A DNA stretch of 64,000 nucleotides. Origin: an uncultured Bacteroidales bacterium. GTDB taxonomy: Bacteria; Bacteroidota; Bacteroidia; Bacteroidales; UBA7960. Below are positions 47,940-57,960 of this stretch, piece by piece. The stretch is from positions 6,176 to 70,175 of the forward strand of contig CAZBGI010000008.1 of NCBI GenBank assembly GCA_964491395.1, given 5' to 3'. The notes below the pieces were generated by a model, which ran no database searches, was not told the origin of the DNA, and was given only the letters and a program-made list of their open reading frames with translations. Position 1 is the stretch's first letter. Each line of letters begins with the position of its first letter. Made by a program: the position numbers and the translations under genes.

Positions 47940-49049
47940 TCAGTCCCTGAACAGCAGAAGGGGAAGGTTGCCCGAATGGATTAACTTGCGGGTGAGGCCA
48001 GGATTGAAAATTCTCTGAAGCAAACCTCTCTTTTTATTACTAAGGGCAATAATATCGATTTCGTTGAGTTTGCAAAAAGCCTCCAGGTTGGCAACAGGAT
48101 TGTCTCCTTTGATAAAACTGCATTCTACTTTGACATTTTTATTTACTTGCCGGAAATAATCTTTCAGGTTGTCCATTTTGGCAGCATCCCATTTGTCCTC
48201 GCGGTCTTTGGAAACATGTACGCAATGAATTTTTACATCAAATGCAGAGACAATGTAAATCAGTCTTCGGATAGCCACATAGTCTGACTCATCAAAATCT
48301 GTGGCATAAACAATGTTTTTTACATTGGAAAACGAGGCAATGTTGGTTCTTTCAGGTATGGCCAGCACAGGTATCTTGGTTTTGTCCAGCACACGGTAAA
48401 CGACACTTCCGATAATATCGCTTTGCTTTTCACCCTTTCCTTTGGCGCCCATTACAATAATACCGGGTTTGTAAGTTTTGGCCATCGTGGCTATTTCATC
48501 CTCCACAATTCCTTCCCTGAGAGAATAACTGATCTTTATTTGCTCAAGTCCTTCATCAGCGGCGATTTGCCGTATCTCATTTACAAAATCAATGAGCTTT
48601 TTCCTGGCCTGATCCTCCATTTCTCTCAGATTAATATCCATATCAACCTGGATGGAATAGGCATCTGTTATAGGAACAAGATCAACAATCGGTGCGTAGA
48701 ATACATGCAGTATTTTTATATCAGCGTTATATTTTTCGGCCAGTTTGATAGCATATTTGCATGCTGTTTTAGAAAACTCCGAAAAATCAACCGGGATAAG
48801 AATACGCCTAATCTCTTTCATATCTTTGGCTTCTTTCTCTTCCTGCTGGCTTTTCATTTCCATAATTATCCGAAGTGCGCTTTCCACATCAGATTCCCTG
48901 ATTTGAATCTGCACTCCTTCAGATACAGCCCCCTGCACCAGATTTACGTTTTTCAGAAAACACTCTATACCTGCACTTTCCAATCTGGCTTTCAGAATTT
49001 CTGCAGCAGTATAATGGTCTGTAGCCAAAGTTACCAAACGATCTTTCAT
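47940..49049 (-). CDS. Universal stress protein with an extra N-terminal small domain and tandem Usp domains
   Basis: 369 aa. After about 80 aa, two Usp-like halves (ILIPVDFSEFS...MGAKGKGEK; YATDFDESD...IALSNKKRG). Confidence 0.7.
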   Translation of the reverse strand: MKDRLVTLATDHYTAAEILKARLESAGIECFLKNVNLVQGAVSEGVQIQIRESDVESALRIIMEMKSQQEEKEAKDMKEIRRILIPVDFSEFSKTACKYAIKLAEKYNADIKILHVFYAPIVDLVPITDAYSIQVDMDINLREMEDQARKKLIDFVNEIRQIAADEGLEQIKISYSLREGIVEDEIATMAKTYKPGIIVMGAKGKGEKQSDIIGSVVYRVLDKTKIPVLAIPERTNIASFSNVKNIVYATDFDESDYVAIRRLIYIVSAFDVKIHCVHVSKDREDKWDAAKMDNLKDYFRQVNKNVKVECSFIKGDNPVANLEAFCKLNEIDIIALSNKKRGLLQRIFNPGLTRKLIHSGNLPLLLFRD

Positions 49050-49392
49050 AGCATTGATATATTTATAAATTTATACTATCAACTACAACTTTAGATGCTC
49101 TAAATATACGAAAAATACAACCTATTCACAAACATCTCGGAGTTCATTTCTACAGAAATAATTATTGCTCTGTCAGATAATTGTTACGGTTTGGTTGATC
49201 ATATTTATATTCGATGAAAAACATGAAACATTATTCATTGCTACTTTCTGGATATCTGATTGTTGAATACAAACCAGGTCATCAGCTTCATTACATGGTT
49301 TCCCAATATTATCATAATCGTCAAAATCATATCTTTCACTTTTTTTGGCAGTTCAAAAGCAACGCAACCCCTGTTTCTCCGTGGTATTTCTA

Positions 49393-49400
49393 TATTTTTG
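49393..49400 (+). promoter_or_regulatory. Bacteroidetes -7 promoter box (TATTTTTG)
   Basis: Exact TAnnTTTG match 44 nt upstream of ATG 49444. Confidence 0.45.
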
Positions 49401-49443
49401 CCATTGAAGTTTACAAGTATTTACTCTTATAGTACTATTACAT

Positions 49444-51213
49444 ATGCAAAAGAAATTTAACGGACTGATTATCTTCGCGTTATTCGTGGGTTTACTGCCC
49501 TTGCAGGCAGAAGAACCATGGCAAACCTGGTATGAAAAACACGATGGCAACAGCACACCTTCCTATGAGGAAACCATGGCTTACTGTCAGCGTCTGGCTG
49601 AAAGTTCCCCGATGATTCATTTGGAAACATTTGGGAAAAGCCACCAGGGACGCGATTTAGCGGTGCTCATTGTTAACAGGCAAGGCAATTTTGAACCGCA
49701 GAGCAATTCCGGCGAAGAGCAACTTGTGGTGATGGTTCAGGCCTCTATTCATGCGGGCGAGCCGGTGGGTAAAGATGCAGGATTGCTGTTGTTAAGAGAT
49801 ATGGCCATTCACGGAGAACACCTTCAATACATGGACAACATAACCCTTATTTTTGTACCGATATTGAATGCTGACGGTCATGAGCGTTTCGGGCCTTATA
49901 ACCGCATCAACCAGAATGGACCGGAAGAAATGGGCTGGCGTACCAATGCCCGAAACCTGAACCTGAACCGTGACTTCCTGAAAGCCGATGCCAAAGAAAT
50001 GCAAGCCTTACTCAAACTCTGGCATCAATGGAATCCTGATTTTTTCATTGATACCCATTCCACCAACGGCGGAGATTATCAATATGCCATGACCTATGCC
50101 CTGGATATCTTTGGTGGTGCCGATCCTGGCCTTATCAACTGGATCAGGGAAAATTATGTGCCGGATATGGAAAGATCAATGGAGAAGGATAATTACCCTA
50201 TTTTCCCTTATGTTACTTACCGTTCATGGCACGATCCGCGCAGCGGACTGCAAAGCAGGGCTGCTCATCCCATGTTTTCCCATGGATATGCTTCTGAACT
50301 CAACCGTCCCGGTTTGTTGCTGGAAACCCACATGTTGAAACCTTATAAGGACAGGGTTGAATCAACCTACCATATGATCAAGAACACCCTGCGCCTGCTT
50401 CATGAAGATAAACAACTTAAAAAGGTCATAAAAGAAGCGGATAAATATACTGCTTCTGAGACCTTTCGGCAGAAAGAATTTCCTCTCCGCTGGGAACTTA
50501 CATCGGATTCAACAATGGTAGATTTCCTGGGAGTAGAATACATGCAAAAACAAAGCACTCTCAGCGGAGGCAACTGGTTCATTTATGAAGCTGATAAACC
50601 AGTTACCTATCAAATTCCCTGGTTCAACCAGAACAGACCTTCCTACAGTGTTTCCTTGCCTGAAGCTTACATCATACCTGTGGAATACCACGATATAATT
50701 GAGCGACTGCAGCTTCATGGTGTAGAGATGTCCTTTCTTGAGGAAGATCGCTTCATTCCGGTGGAGACCTATCGCTTTAACGATGTGCAACTTACATCCC
50801 GCTCCACTGAAGGCCGTCAAACCGCTTCCTTTTCTACCGAGATCATTAAAGAAGAAAGAAAATACATGAAAGGTTCGGCAATTGTGCCGATGAATCAGGC
50901 TCGTGCACGTATTGTTGCCCACGCGCTGGAACCCATGGCTCCGGGTTCATTTGCATATTGGGGTTTTTTTAATGCCATTTTTGAAAGAGTGGAATATTTT
51001 GAAAGCTATGTGATGGAAGCTATGGCCCGTGAAATGCTGGCCAACGATCCCTCTCTCAGACAAGGACTGGACAAAGCCATCAAAGAGAATCCCTCCATGG
51101 CAGAGAATCCTTATGCTATCCTTTCCTGGTTTTATGAGCAAACACCTTATTACGACCAAAGGCACAACATGTATCCTGTCGGGAGAATCATCAGCAACAA
51201 TTTGACAGACTAA
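49444..51213 (+). CDS. M14-family metallocarboxypeptidase (exported)
   Basis: 589 aa with a signal peptide. Zn motif SIHAGEPVG (H..E), R..NLNRDF and a later H (DTHSTNG). Confidence 0.8.
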   Translation: MQKKFNGLIIFALFVGLLPLQAEEPWQTWYEKHDGNSTPSYEETMAYCQRLAESSPMIHLETFGKSHQGRDLAVLIVNRQGNFEPQSNSGEEQLVVMVQASIHAGEPVGKDAGLLLLRDMAIHGEHLQYMDNITLIFVPILNADGHERFGPYNRINQNGPEEMGWRTNARNLNLNRDFLKADAKEMQALLKLWHQWNPDFFIDTHSTNGGDYQYAMTYALDIFGGADPGLINWIRENYVPDMERSMEKDNYPIFPYVTYRSWHDPRSGLQSRAAHPMFSHGYASELNRPGLLLETHMLKPYKDRVESTYHMIKNTLRLLHEDKQLKKVIKEADKYTASETFRQKEFPLRWELTSDSTMVDFLGVEYMQKQSTLSGGNWFIYEADKPVTYQIPWFNQNRPSYSVSLPEAYIIPVEYHDIIERLQLHGVEMSFLEEDRFIPVETYRFNDVQLTSRSTEGRQTASFSTEIIKEERKYMKGSAIVPMNQARARIVAHALEPMAPGSFAYWGFFNAIFERVEYFESYVMEAMAREMLANDPSLRQGLDKAIKENPSMAENPYAILSWFYEQTPYYDQRHNMYPVGRIISNNLTD

Positions 51214-51267
51214 GCCGGCATAAGTTTATTGTCTGCCTTCGTCTATTTCAAAAGTTTTACAGCGTAC

Positions 51268-51304
51268 GGGCCCCATTGACAAACAAGCATGGTCAATGGG
51301 GCCC
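51268..51304. terminator. Hairpin between convergent genes (probable terminator)
   Basis: Perfect 13-bp GC-rich stem gggccccattgac / gtcaatggggccc with an 11-nt loop. There is no strong T-run, so function is uncertain. Confidence 0.45.
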
Positions 51305-51339
51305 GGGGTGATAAACAACTCTGTACCGGTAAATTTTGC

Positions 51340-52623
51340 CTAGCGGATAACAAAGGTTATCCCCGCCCTGGCACCGGTCCACCATTGGGCAGTATGATCG
51401 TTCCATTGGTAATCATGAAAACTTCTTTGGGTAAGTTCGAGATCTTCAGCGGAATATTCATGGGTGGTTTTGTAGATATGATTATAAAGAACCACCCCTC
51501 CAAACAATTGCAAACGTTCATGTAAACTATGGTAATAGAGGGCACGAAACTCATTGAGGAGGTTGGTATTTTGATTTTTCCACCAATCCCATTCATGGTA
51601 AATCTGGTAGGAATGAGCTTCCAGCTGAAGGAAAGATCTCTGCGGAGAAAGTTTTATCCTGGAACCAATGCCGTACCCGGTGGCAGAGAACGTTTTATCC
51701 TCCATGGGCTTTGCCCCAACAGAAAAGATATTATAAAAAGCAGAAACGCCAATTTTATAAGACAGGTTGGCATACATGACATCGCTTGCCGAGAGTTCCA
51801 ACTGCCTTAAACCACCCTTTCGCGTAATGCTGAGAAAACCCACAGGCACTCCTGAAATGGTATCACTTACATTGATAAATCCAAGCTGGAAACCTTCAAC
51901 TTCGCGAGCAGCATTCAAAAAGCCGGCTACCTGAAATCCCTGTACATCGCCAGCCACATTCATAAATCCGGCAAGCTGGATACCCTGCATATTTCCTGCC
52001 GATATATTGCCAAAACCAGCACCGTAAACTCCTTGTGAATCTCCCCCACTAACATTCATGAAACCTGCCCCCATGGCACCCATAGTATTTCCGCCTGATA
52101 CATTCATAAATCCTGCACCGCCAATCCCCTCAACATTTCCCCGTGTTACATTCATAAACCCGGCCCCGCTGACAGAGCGGCTATTGTCATCGGTAACATT
52201 CATGAAGCCTGCGGCTTTTATTCCATTATGCTCCTCTCGAATGGTATTGAGAAATCCCGCAAGATGAACACCTTCTGAAGCACCATTAACAACATTAACA
52301 AAACCGGCCCACTGAAATCCATAAAAGTTATTTCTTACTACATTGCCAAAACCCGCCACCTGAAGTCCATCAACATTGCCGTTTGTTATGTTCATAAAAC
52401 TTCCTGCTTCCAGCCCCTGCACACCCCCGGTAAGTCCCATAAATAAATTGAGGCTTATATTATATTGATGGTTCCGGGTTTGAGTGCCATCGGTTCCCAA
52501 AAAAGGAAATATACTTAGCTGAAAATCGCGTACGGACTTTTCATCAGGCGATTGACTCTTTAGCGGGAGAACCCATAACATGGAAAGCATCAAAATAAAA
52601 ATCTTTACTGGTCTTCTACACAT
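51340..52623 (-). CDS. Exported protein with an N-terminal array of 16-residue AGF.NV repeats and a C-terminal probable beta-barrel
   Basis: 427 aa with a signal peptide. See the repeat feature below. The C-terminal ~160 aa have alternating hydrophobic strands and end ..GARAGITFVIR. Confidence 0.65.
   Translation of the reverse strand: MCRRPVKIFILMLSMLWVLPLKSQSPDEKSVRDFQLSIFPFLGTDGTQTRNHQYNISLNLFMGLTGGVQGLEAGSFMNITNGNVDGLQVAGFGNVVRNNFYGFQWAGFVNVVNGASEGVHLAGFLNTIREEHNGIKAAGFMNVTDDNSRSVSGAGFMNVTRGNVEGIGGAGFMNVSGGNTMGAMGAGFMNVSGGDSQGVYGAGFGNISAGNMQGIQLAGFMNVAGDVQGFQVAGFLNAAREVEGFQLGFINVSDTISGVPVGFLSITRKGGLRQLELSASDVMYANLSYKIGVSAFYNIFSVGAKPMEDKTFSATGYGIGSRIKLSPQRSFLQLEAHSYQIYHEWDWWKNQNTNLLNEFRALYYHSLHERLQLFGGVVLYNHIYKTTHEYSAEDLELTQRSFHDYQWNDHTAQWWTGARAGITFVIR
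51826..52458 (-). repeat. Intragenic tandem repeat, period 48 nt / 16 aa (consensus AGFMNV..G...G...)
   Basis: The A-G-F triplet recurs at residues 90, 106, 122, 138, 154, 170, 186, 202 and 218, a spacing of exactly 16. It recurs again at 233, ~247 and ~261. At DNA level the motif acattcat(a/g)aa(a/t/g)cc(t/g)gc recurs on the plus strand. Confidence 0.85.
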
Positions 52624-52844
52624 TGTTTCTACAGATTAAGAATTTAAAAAAACATTTAACGGTATCGGTTTATCAACCTACGTACCATAACATATAACTC
52701 ATTTAGATTCTGCAACATATCTTTTTTAAGAGAAAGCAGAAAAGATAAAAAAAACGGAAAGTAACCGATTTAGGTGTTCACAAGTGAACAGGATTGTTCG
52801 TTTTGCAACACCTATGACTTTGGTAAAATATTATATTTTAGAAC

Positions 52845-54302
52845 TTATAATGCTTTCTCCCTGCGAGATAAGGCCCACAATCCCAGGGCAGTGATTCCTC
52901 CGTTTACAATCAGAATCTCAAATCCAAACTGATATCCCCATAGGAGTTGTTCTGAATGTATACTTAGCAGATAGCTGATAACGGGAGAAGCAATACACAG
53001 AAGTGGCACCCATTTATCACGGACTTTTAGTCGGGTATATAAACCAATAAAATACAACCCCAACAAGGGTCCGTAAGTATATCCGGCAATGGTAAAGAGC
53101 TTGCTGATAAGCGCGGCATCATTAATAGCTCTGTAACCAATAATGATAAACAGAACGATTATGGAAAAAGCAATGTGCACAACATAGCGGATTTTTTTGA
53201 TTTTTTGCTCTGTCATGTCGGGTCTTCTTTTCAATCCCAGAAAATCAATACAAAAAACCGTGGTAAGAGCTGTAAGTGTCCCATCGGCACTGGAGTAAGC
53301 TGCAGATATCAATCCGAAAAAGAAGGTTAATCCGGCAGCAACGCTAAGGTACTGTAAGGCCAGTGTAGGAAACAAATCATCAGAAGTATGCGGCAAAACA
53401 ATATCATACTGGCCGGCGTAAATCCAGAGCACAGCTCCCAGAAACAAGAACATTAAGTTGACCGGAATAAGAATAAATCCAAAGGTAAATATATTTTTTT
53501 GCGCATCTCTCAGGTTGCGGCAACTTAAGTTCTTCTGCATCATATCCTGATCCAGTCCTGTCATAACAATGGTAATAAACATACCGGCAAAAAACTGCTT
53601 CAGGAAAAACCGCGGATCCGTATAATCGGTAACAAACATTTTGGTGTAACCCCGGGAAGTGGCCTCTCCCCATAAATCGCCCAGGCTCATCCCCAAAGAG
53701 TTGGCAATGATAAAAATCGTGATTATTACAGCCGAAATCATAAACGTGGTTTGCAGTGTATCAGTCCATACAATGGTCTTGATCCCGCCCTGGAAAGTAT
53801 ACAACAATATAAGCACCATAAACAACCCCACAGTGATTCCAAAAGGGATTCCCCAATGGTCAAATACGAACAACTGCAACACATTTACCACCAAAAACAT
53901 ACGAAACGAGGTGCCAATCAGGCGGGAAATGATAAAATAAAACGCCCCTGTTTTGTAGGATGAAAACCCAAACCGCTTTTCCAGATAGGTATAAATGGAA
54001 GTTAGATTCATCTTATAATATATGGGCAGCAGCACCAGGGCAATGACAAAATAACCTGCCAGGTATCCCATAACCAATACCATGTAAGAAAAGCTTTCAG
54101 CCTCCACCAAACCAGGAACAGACATGAAAGTTACACCACTCAATGAGGCTCCTATCATGCCGTAAGCTACCACATACCAGGGTGAGTTTCGATTACCCAG
54201 AAAATAAGCCTCGTTATTGGCTCTGCGTGCTGTAATACGCGAAACAGAAAAAATCAGCAGGGTATAAATCAGGAAACTAAATAATATGATCTGCGAGGTC
54301 AT
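52845..54302 (-). CDS. Sodium:solute symporter family transporter
   Basis: 485 aa with about 13 hydrophobic segments. The N-terminal region YFLGNRNSPWYVVAYGMIGASLSGVTFMSVPG is typical of the SSF family. Confidence 0.85.
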   Translation of the reverse strand: MTSQIILFSFLIYTLLIFSVSRITARRANNEAYFLGNRNSPWYVVAYGMIGASLSGVTFMSVPGLVEAESFSYMVLVMGYLAGYFVIALVLLPIYYKMNLTSIYTYLEKRFGFSSYKTGAFYFIISRLIGTSFRMFLVVNVLQLFVFDHWGIPFGITVGLFMVLILLYTFQGGIKTIVWTDTLQTTFMISAVIITIFIIANSLGMSLGDLWGEATSRGYTKMFVTDYTDPRFFLKQFFAGMFITIVMTGLDQDMMQKNLSCRNLRDAQKNIFTFGFILIPVNLMFLFLGAVLWIYAGQYDIVLPHTSDDLFPTLALQYLSVAAGLTFFFGLISAAYSSADGTLTALTTVFCIDFLGLKRRPDMTEQKIKKIRYVVHIAFSIIVLFIIIGYRAINDAALISKLFTIAGYTYGPLLGLYFIGLYTRLKVRDKWVPLLCIASPVISYLLSIHSEQLLWGYQFGFEILIVNGGITALGLWALSRREKAL

Positions 54303-54378
54303 GCGCTTAGGGGTTTAAAATTTCAAGCGGCAAAAATAGGGAAAGTTTTTAAAACCTATTTCAGGAAAGAATAGTATT

Positions 54379-55338
54379 TTACTTTGCAGGATCAAAGGCA
54401 CGAATCATATAGTCTTTTCGGTTGTATCCTCCGAAGGCTCCAAGTCCTCCCTCTATATTGCTGTAAATATGCACTGACTCGGCAAAAGGAAAATCCTCAC
54501 CATAATAAAAATAATCATCTACGCTCTGATGAAAACGGTAATAGGCAAAATCAGTCTGCAAGACAAAAACAAAAACAGAGTCAATACGTTGGCTGGTTTC
54601 ACCCTGACCCTGCGACCCATCAAAATCAATCCACCCATAATACTCTCCCTTAAAATTGTACAACGCTCCTTCTTCATCACTAAAAAACTCATTACCCCGT
54701 TCAAGCCATAGCTCCTGAGAACCAATAAATACGGTATCATTATTCCCATAATCATTAATCTGGTAAGAACGGACAATTCCACCGGTTCGGAAATAGTTGG
54801 GTTCTGAGGTTTTCTGTGGCCTCACGTTCCACCCTAAGAGTATTTCCGTACCTTCAAAATTGTCATGTACAATACGTATATCGTCAAAAGAAACATCATC
54901 CACTCCAAATTCAGGCACTAAGCATTCGGCCTTCACCGTTTCTCCCTCAGAAGATTCTGCTTTCAGCTCATAAGACTTACCCGCCTCCACAGGAAATTGA
55001 GATGCAGGAATCGTAAAAGCCTTCAGGTTGTAATCATAAGATAATTGGATGAATTCACCTCCCTTAGGAGCCAGAAATACATCAGCATCATCATTTACAG
55101 GTGCTACCTGCCCAGAGGCCATGGTATGGGGGATGCTGCGGTGAACAAATACCTTTATCAGCGAATCCTGTGGTGAGATAAAAGAATTAACCACCAGTTG
55201 AGGCTCACTGCCCGGAATATCCACATTTTCTGCTTCTGACAAAAAGAAATCCTCACAGCCTGTAAACAACAACACCACTAAAGAAATCAGGAGTATATTA
55301 AAAGTGTATCGACGAATTTTTAGTGCATTTTTTGTCAT
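54379..55338 (-). CDS. DUF4249-like lipoprotein, partner of the upstream TonB-dependent receptor
   Basis: 319 aa with lipobox LFTGCED. It follows the receptor gene after a 5-nt gap, the usual arrangement for DUF4249 proteins. Family name is from memory. Confidence 0.65.
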   Translation of the reverse strand: MTKNALKIRRYTFNILLISLVVLLFTGCEDFFLSEAENVDIPGSEPQLVVNSFISPQDSLIKVFVHRSIPHTMASGQVAPVNDDADVFLAPKGGEFIQLSYDYNLKAFTIPASQFPVEAGKSYELKAESSEGETVKAECLVPEFGVDDVSFDDIRIVHDNFEGTEILLGWNVRPQKTSEPNYFRTGGIVRSYQINDYGNNDTVFIGSQELWLERGNEFFSDEEGALYNFKGEYYGWIDFDGSQGQGETSQRIDSVFVFVLQTDFAYYRFHQSVDDYFYYGEDFPFAESVHIYSNIEGGLGAFGGYNRKDYMIRAFDPAK

Positions 55339-55343
55339 GACTT

Positions 55344-57764
55344 CTAGAATTTGAAATTAACACTGATAGAAGGAATGATAGGAAAAATACTCACCTGCAT
55401 CAGTTCCCGGTTGGTTTCATATCCATCACTACCATTTCTCATTACATCTTCCCAGTAATAAAAGAAGGGGTTCTTGCGGCTGTAAGCATTGTATGCTCCC
55501 AGCTCAATGGTACGTTTCACGGGATATCCAAACCGGGTAATGTCTTTGTGAAATTGCAGCCCGACATCAAGTCGCTGGTAAGAAGCGGCCCTGAAGCTGT
55601 TCTTCTTATCATATACATTGGCGGAATACCACCAGGGGTTGTTGTCTGAGTAATATTCCATATTGCCCGATACAGGATGGGTTATTACGGGAAAACGTCC
55701 CGTTCCCAGATCATAGGCATTGCCGGTAGCGTAAACCCAGGTAGCGCTAAAGGTCATTCCTTCAGATACTTCGTATATTCCCACCAGGGAGATGTCATGA
55801 CGACGGTCATACCGGGCCCAGAATTTCTCACCGAAATTCAAATCATCAAACTGATGCTGGATCCAGGAAAGCGTATAACCCACCCAGCCGGTGAAACGAC
55901 CTGCTTTCCGTTGAATCAGAAATTCAAGACCATAAGCCCATGCATCACCGGCAGTGATATTATCTTCCCACGAAAATTCTTTTGCATTCTCCGGATCTTC
56001 AACAAACAGGAAGGAAGCCCCTTCCTTGTACCCGATGATATCAGTAGATTCCTTGTAGTATCCTTCAATGGAGAACTCCAGGTTTCGTGGAAGCCAGTCC
56101 CAGGCAAAACCAGTGGCGACCTGCCAGGTACGTTGCGGAGCGATATTTCTCGTTGAGGGAACCCACAGGTCGGTAGGTAAACCAATACCCGTAGTACTGA
56201 GCAAATGCACATACTGATTCATGGAGGCAAATGAAGCTTTCCAGCTAACTCCCGGATAAATGACCAGGTTAGCGTTGAAACGTGGTTCCAGGTATTGGTA
56301 ATTCTTTCCTTCTGTACGCAAATGACTGAACCGCAATCCCGGATTGATTTTCATGTAATCCCCAAAGGCAATCTCATCTTCCACATAAATGCCCGACTCC
56401 AGTGATCGGTGAATTTCTGCACTACGCTCAATGTTTCCTATATCATCATTGCGAAGCACAATGGCACTGGGTGTGAATCGGTGATTCAAAAACTGTACCC
56501 CGGCCCTGATATGATGGTTGGACAGTGGGTGCCAACTCAAGTCGTATTTTATGCCCACATCCTGAATACCGGAATTATAAGTCAGATCAAAGGCACTGGT
56601 TTCATTATGAAGGATATCATTGTATCTTTCTTTTGAATATATCTCAAGCAGATAATCAGAAAATACAAAAGAAGCATTGGCAAACAACCGATCGCTGAAT
56701 ATATGATTCCACCTTACTGTTGCGGTAGTATTTTGCCAGAACAATCCCCCTTCAGTGCTGTCTTCGAAGTCAGTACTTTTATACTCATCCTTAAAGAAAA
56801 ACTTGTCCCTTCCCATATAGCTGCTTACAAAAACACGGTTATTGGGGTCAATATCATAATTTATCTTTGAATTAAGGTCATAAAAATAGTATCCTCCAAA
56901 CCCATCATCAGGCATAAAAGGACGGGTAAGGACATCGAGATATGTTCGCCTGCCCGAAATCAGGAAGGAGGCTTTGTCTTTGATGATGGGCCCTTCAAGC
57001 GTAAGTCGGCTGCTGATAATTCCTATACCACCCTCACCGGCAAACTTTTGCTTGTTGCCATCTTTCATCTGAATATCCAGCACCGAGGATAATCTTCCCC
57101 CAAAACGGGCCGGAAATCCCCCTTTGTACAATTGCATATTCTTCACGGCATCGCCATTAAAAACGGAGATAAAACCAAACAAGTGATTGGCATTATACAC
57201 AATGGCATCGTCGAGGATAATGAGATTCTGATCAGGCCCTCCACCTCTTACATAAAACCCGCTCGTACCTTCTGTTCCTGATTGCACGCCGGGCATTAGC
57301 TGTAATACCTTAAACATATCTTTCTCTCCCAGCAGGGAAGGAATATTTCGGGCCTGTTGAATCGGAATATCCAGGCGCGACATCTGGACAGTTTGCGAAA
57401 TACGGGTAAGTCGTTCATCGGTTACCACCACTTCCTGGAGTTCAATACTGGGATCCAGTTCAATGTCGAGCCGCAAATTATCAGTTAAAACCAGATTCTT
57501 AACTACCGGCACGTAACCTACATAAGAAAAGATTACTTCAACGCTGTCTGTGGGAAGTGTTATGGAATAAAAACCGTATGTATTGGATGAACTGCCAATG
57601 CGAAGATTGGGCTCATAAACATTGGCGCCAACGAGGGTCTCACGACTCCCCTTTTCATAAATGTATCCGCTTATGGTATATTTGGTGGTTTGCCCGGATA
57701 AGAAGGTAATACCTGAAAACAAAACTATTACCTGGAAGAACAGTGCAATGAACGTTTTTTTCAT
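55344..57764 (-). CDS. TonB-dependent receptor with N-terminal carboxypeptidase-regulatory-like domain
   Basis: Start taken at ATG 57764 (MKKTFIALFFQVIVLFSGITFLSG). CarboxypepD_reg-like YTISGYIYEKGSRETLVGANVY, then a plug domain (LLGEKDMFKVLQLMPGVQSG). The barrel ends ..SISVNFKF with a terminal Phe. Confidence 0.9.
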   Translation of the reverse strand: MKKTFIALFFQVIVLFSGITFLSGQTTKYTISGYIYEKGSRETLVGANVYEPNLRIGSSSNTYGFYSITLPTDSVEVIFSYVGYVPVVKNLVLTDNLRLDIELDPSIELQEVVVTDERLTRISQTVQMSRLDIPIQQARNIPSLLGEKDMFKVLQLMPGVQSGTEGTSGFYVRGGGPDQNLIILDDAIVYNANHLFGFISVFNGDAVKNMQLYKGGFPARFGGRLSSVLDIQMKDGNKQKFAGEGGIGIISSRLTLEGPIIKDKASFLISGRRTYLDVLTRPFMPDDGFGGYYFYDLNSKINYDIDPNNRVFVSSYMGRDKFFFKDEYKSTDFEDSTEGGLFWQNTTATVRWNHIFSDRLFANASFVFSDYLLEIYSKERYNDILHNETSAFDLTYNSGIQDVGIKYDLSWHPLSNHHIRAGVQFLNHRFTPSAIVLRNDDIGNIERSAEIHRSLESGIYVEDEIAFGDYMKINPGLRFSHLRTEGKNYQYLEPRFNANLVIYPGVSWKASFASMNQYVHLLSTTGIGLPTDLWVPSTRNIAPQRTWQVATGFAWDWLPRNLEFSIEGYYKESTDIIGYKEGASFLFVEDPENAKEFSWEDNITAGDAWAYGLEFLIQRKAGRFTGWVGYTLSWIQHQFDDLNFGEKFWARYDRRHDISLVGIYEVSEGMTFSATWVYATGNAYDLGTGRFPVITHPVSGNMEYYSDNNPWWYSANVYDKKNSFRAASYQRLDVGLQFHKDITRFGYPVKRTIELGAYNAYSRKNPFFYYWEDVMRNGSDGYETNRELMQVSIFPIIPSISVNFKF

Positions 57765-57960
57765 GTGCATAAGAATGGGTGGATAGTGCTCTGGCAAAGG
57801 TGCAAAAAATTATTACAGATAACGTAGTGTCAAATTAATTATTTCTTAATTTTCAGATAAAAGTCAGAAATTATCATCCAGCCCGGTGAATGGTCTTGTT
57901 ACCTTCCCTGAGATTGCGCTTAAACTATTTACCTTAAGGCTTGTTTAGATAAAAAAAAAC

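Noticed and set aside
48423-49094. 223-aa plus-strand ORF
   Set aside because: Antisense to the Usp-domain gene 47940-49049. It is Phe/Ile/His-rich nonsense-like sequence.
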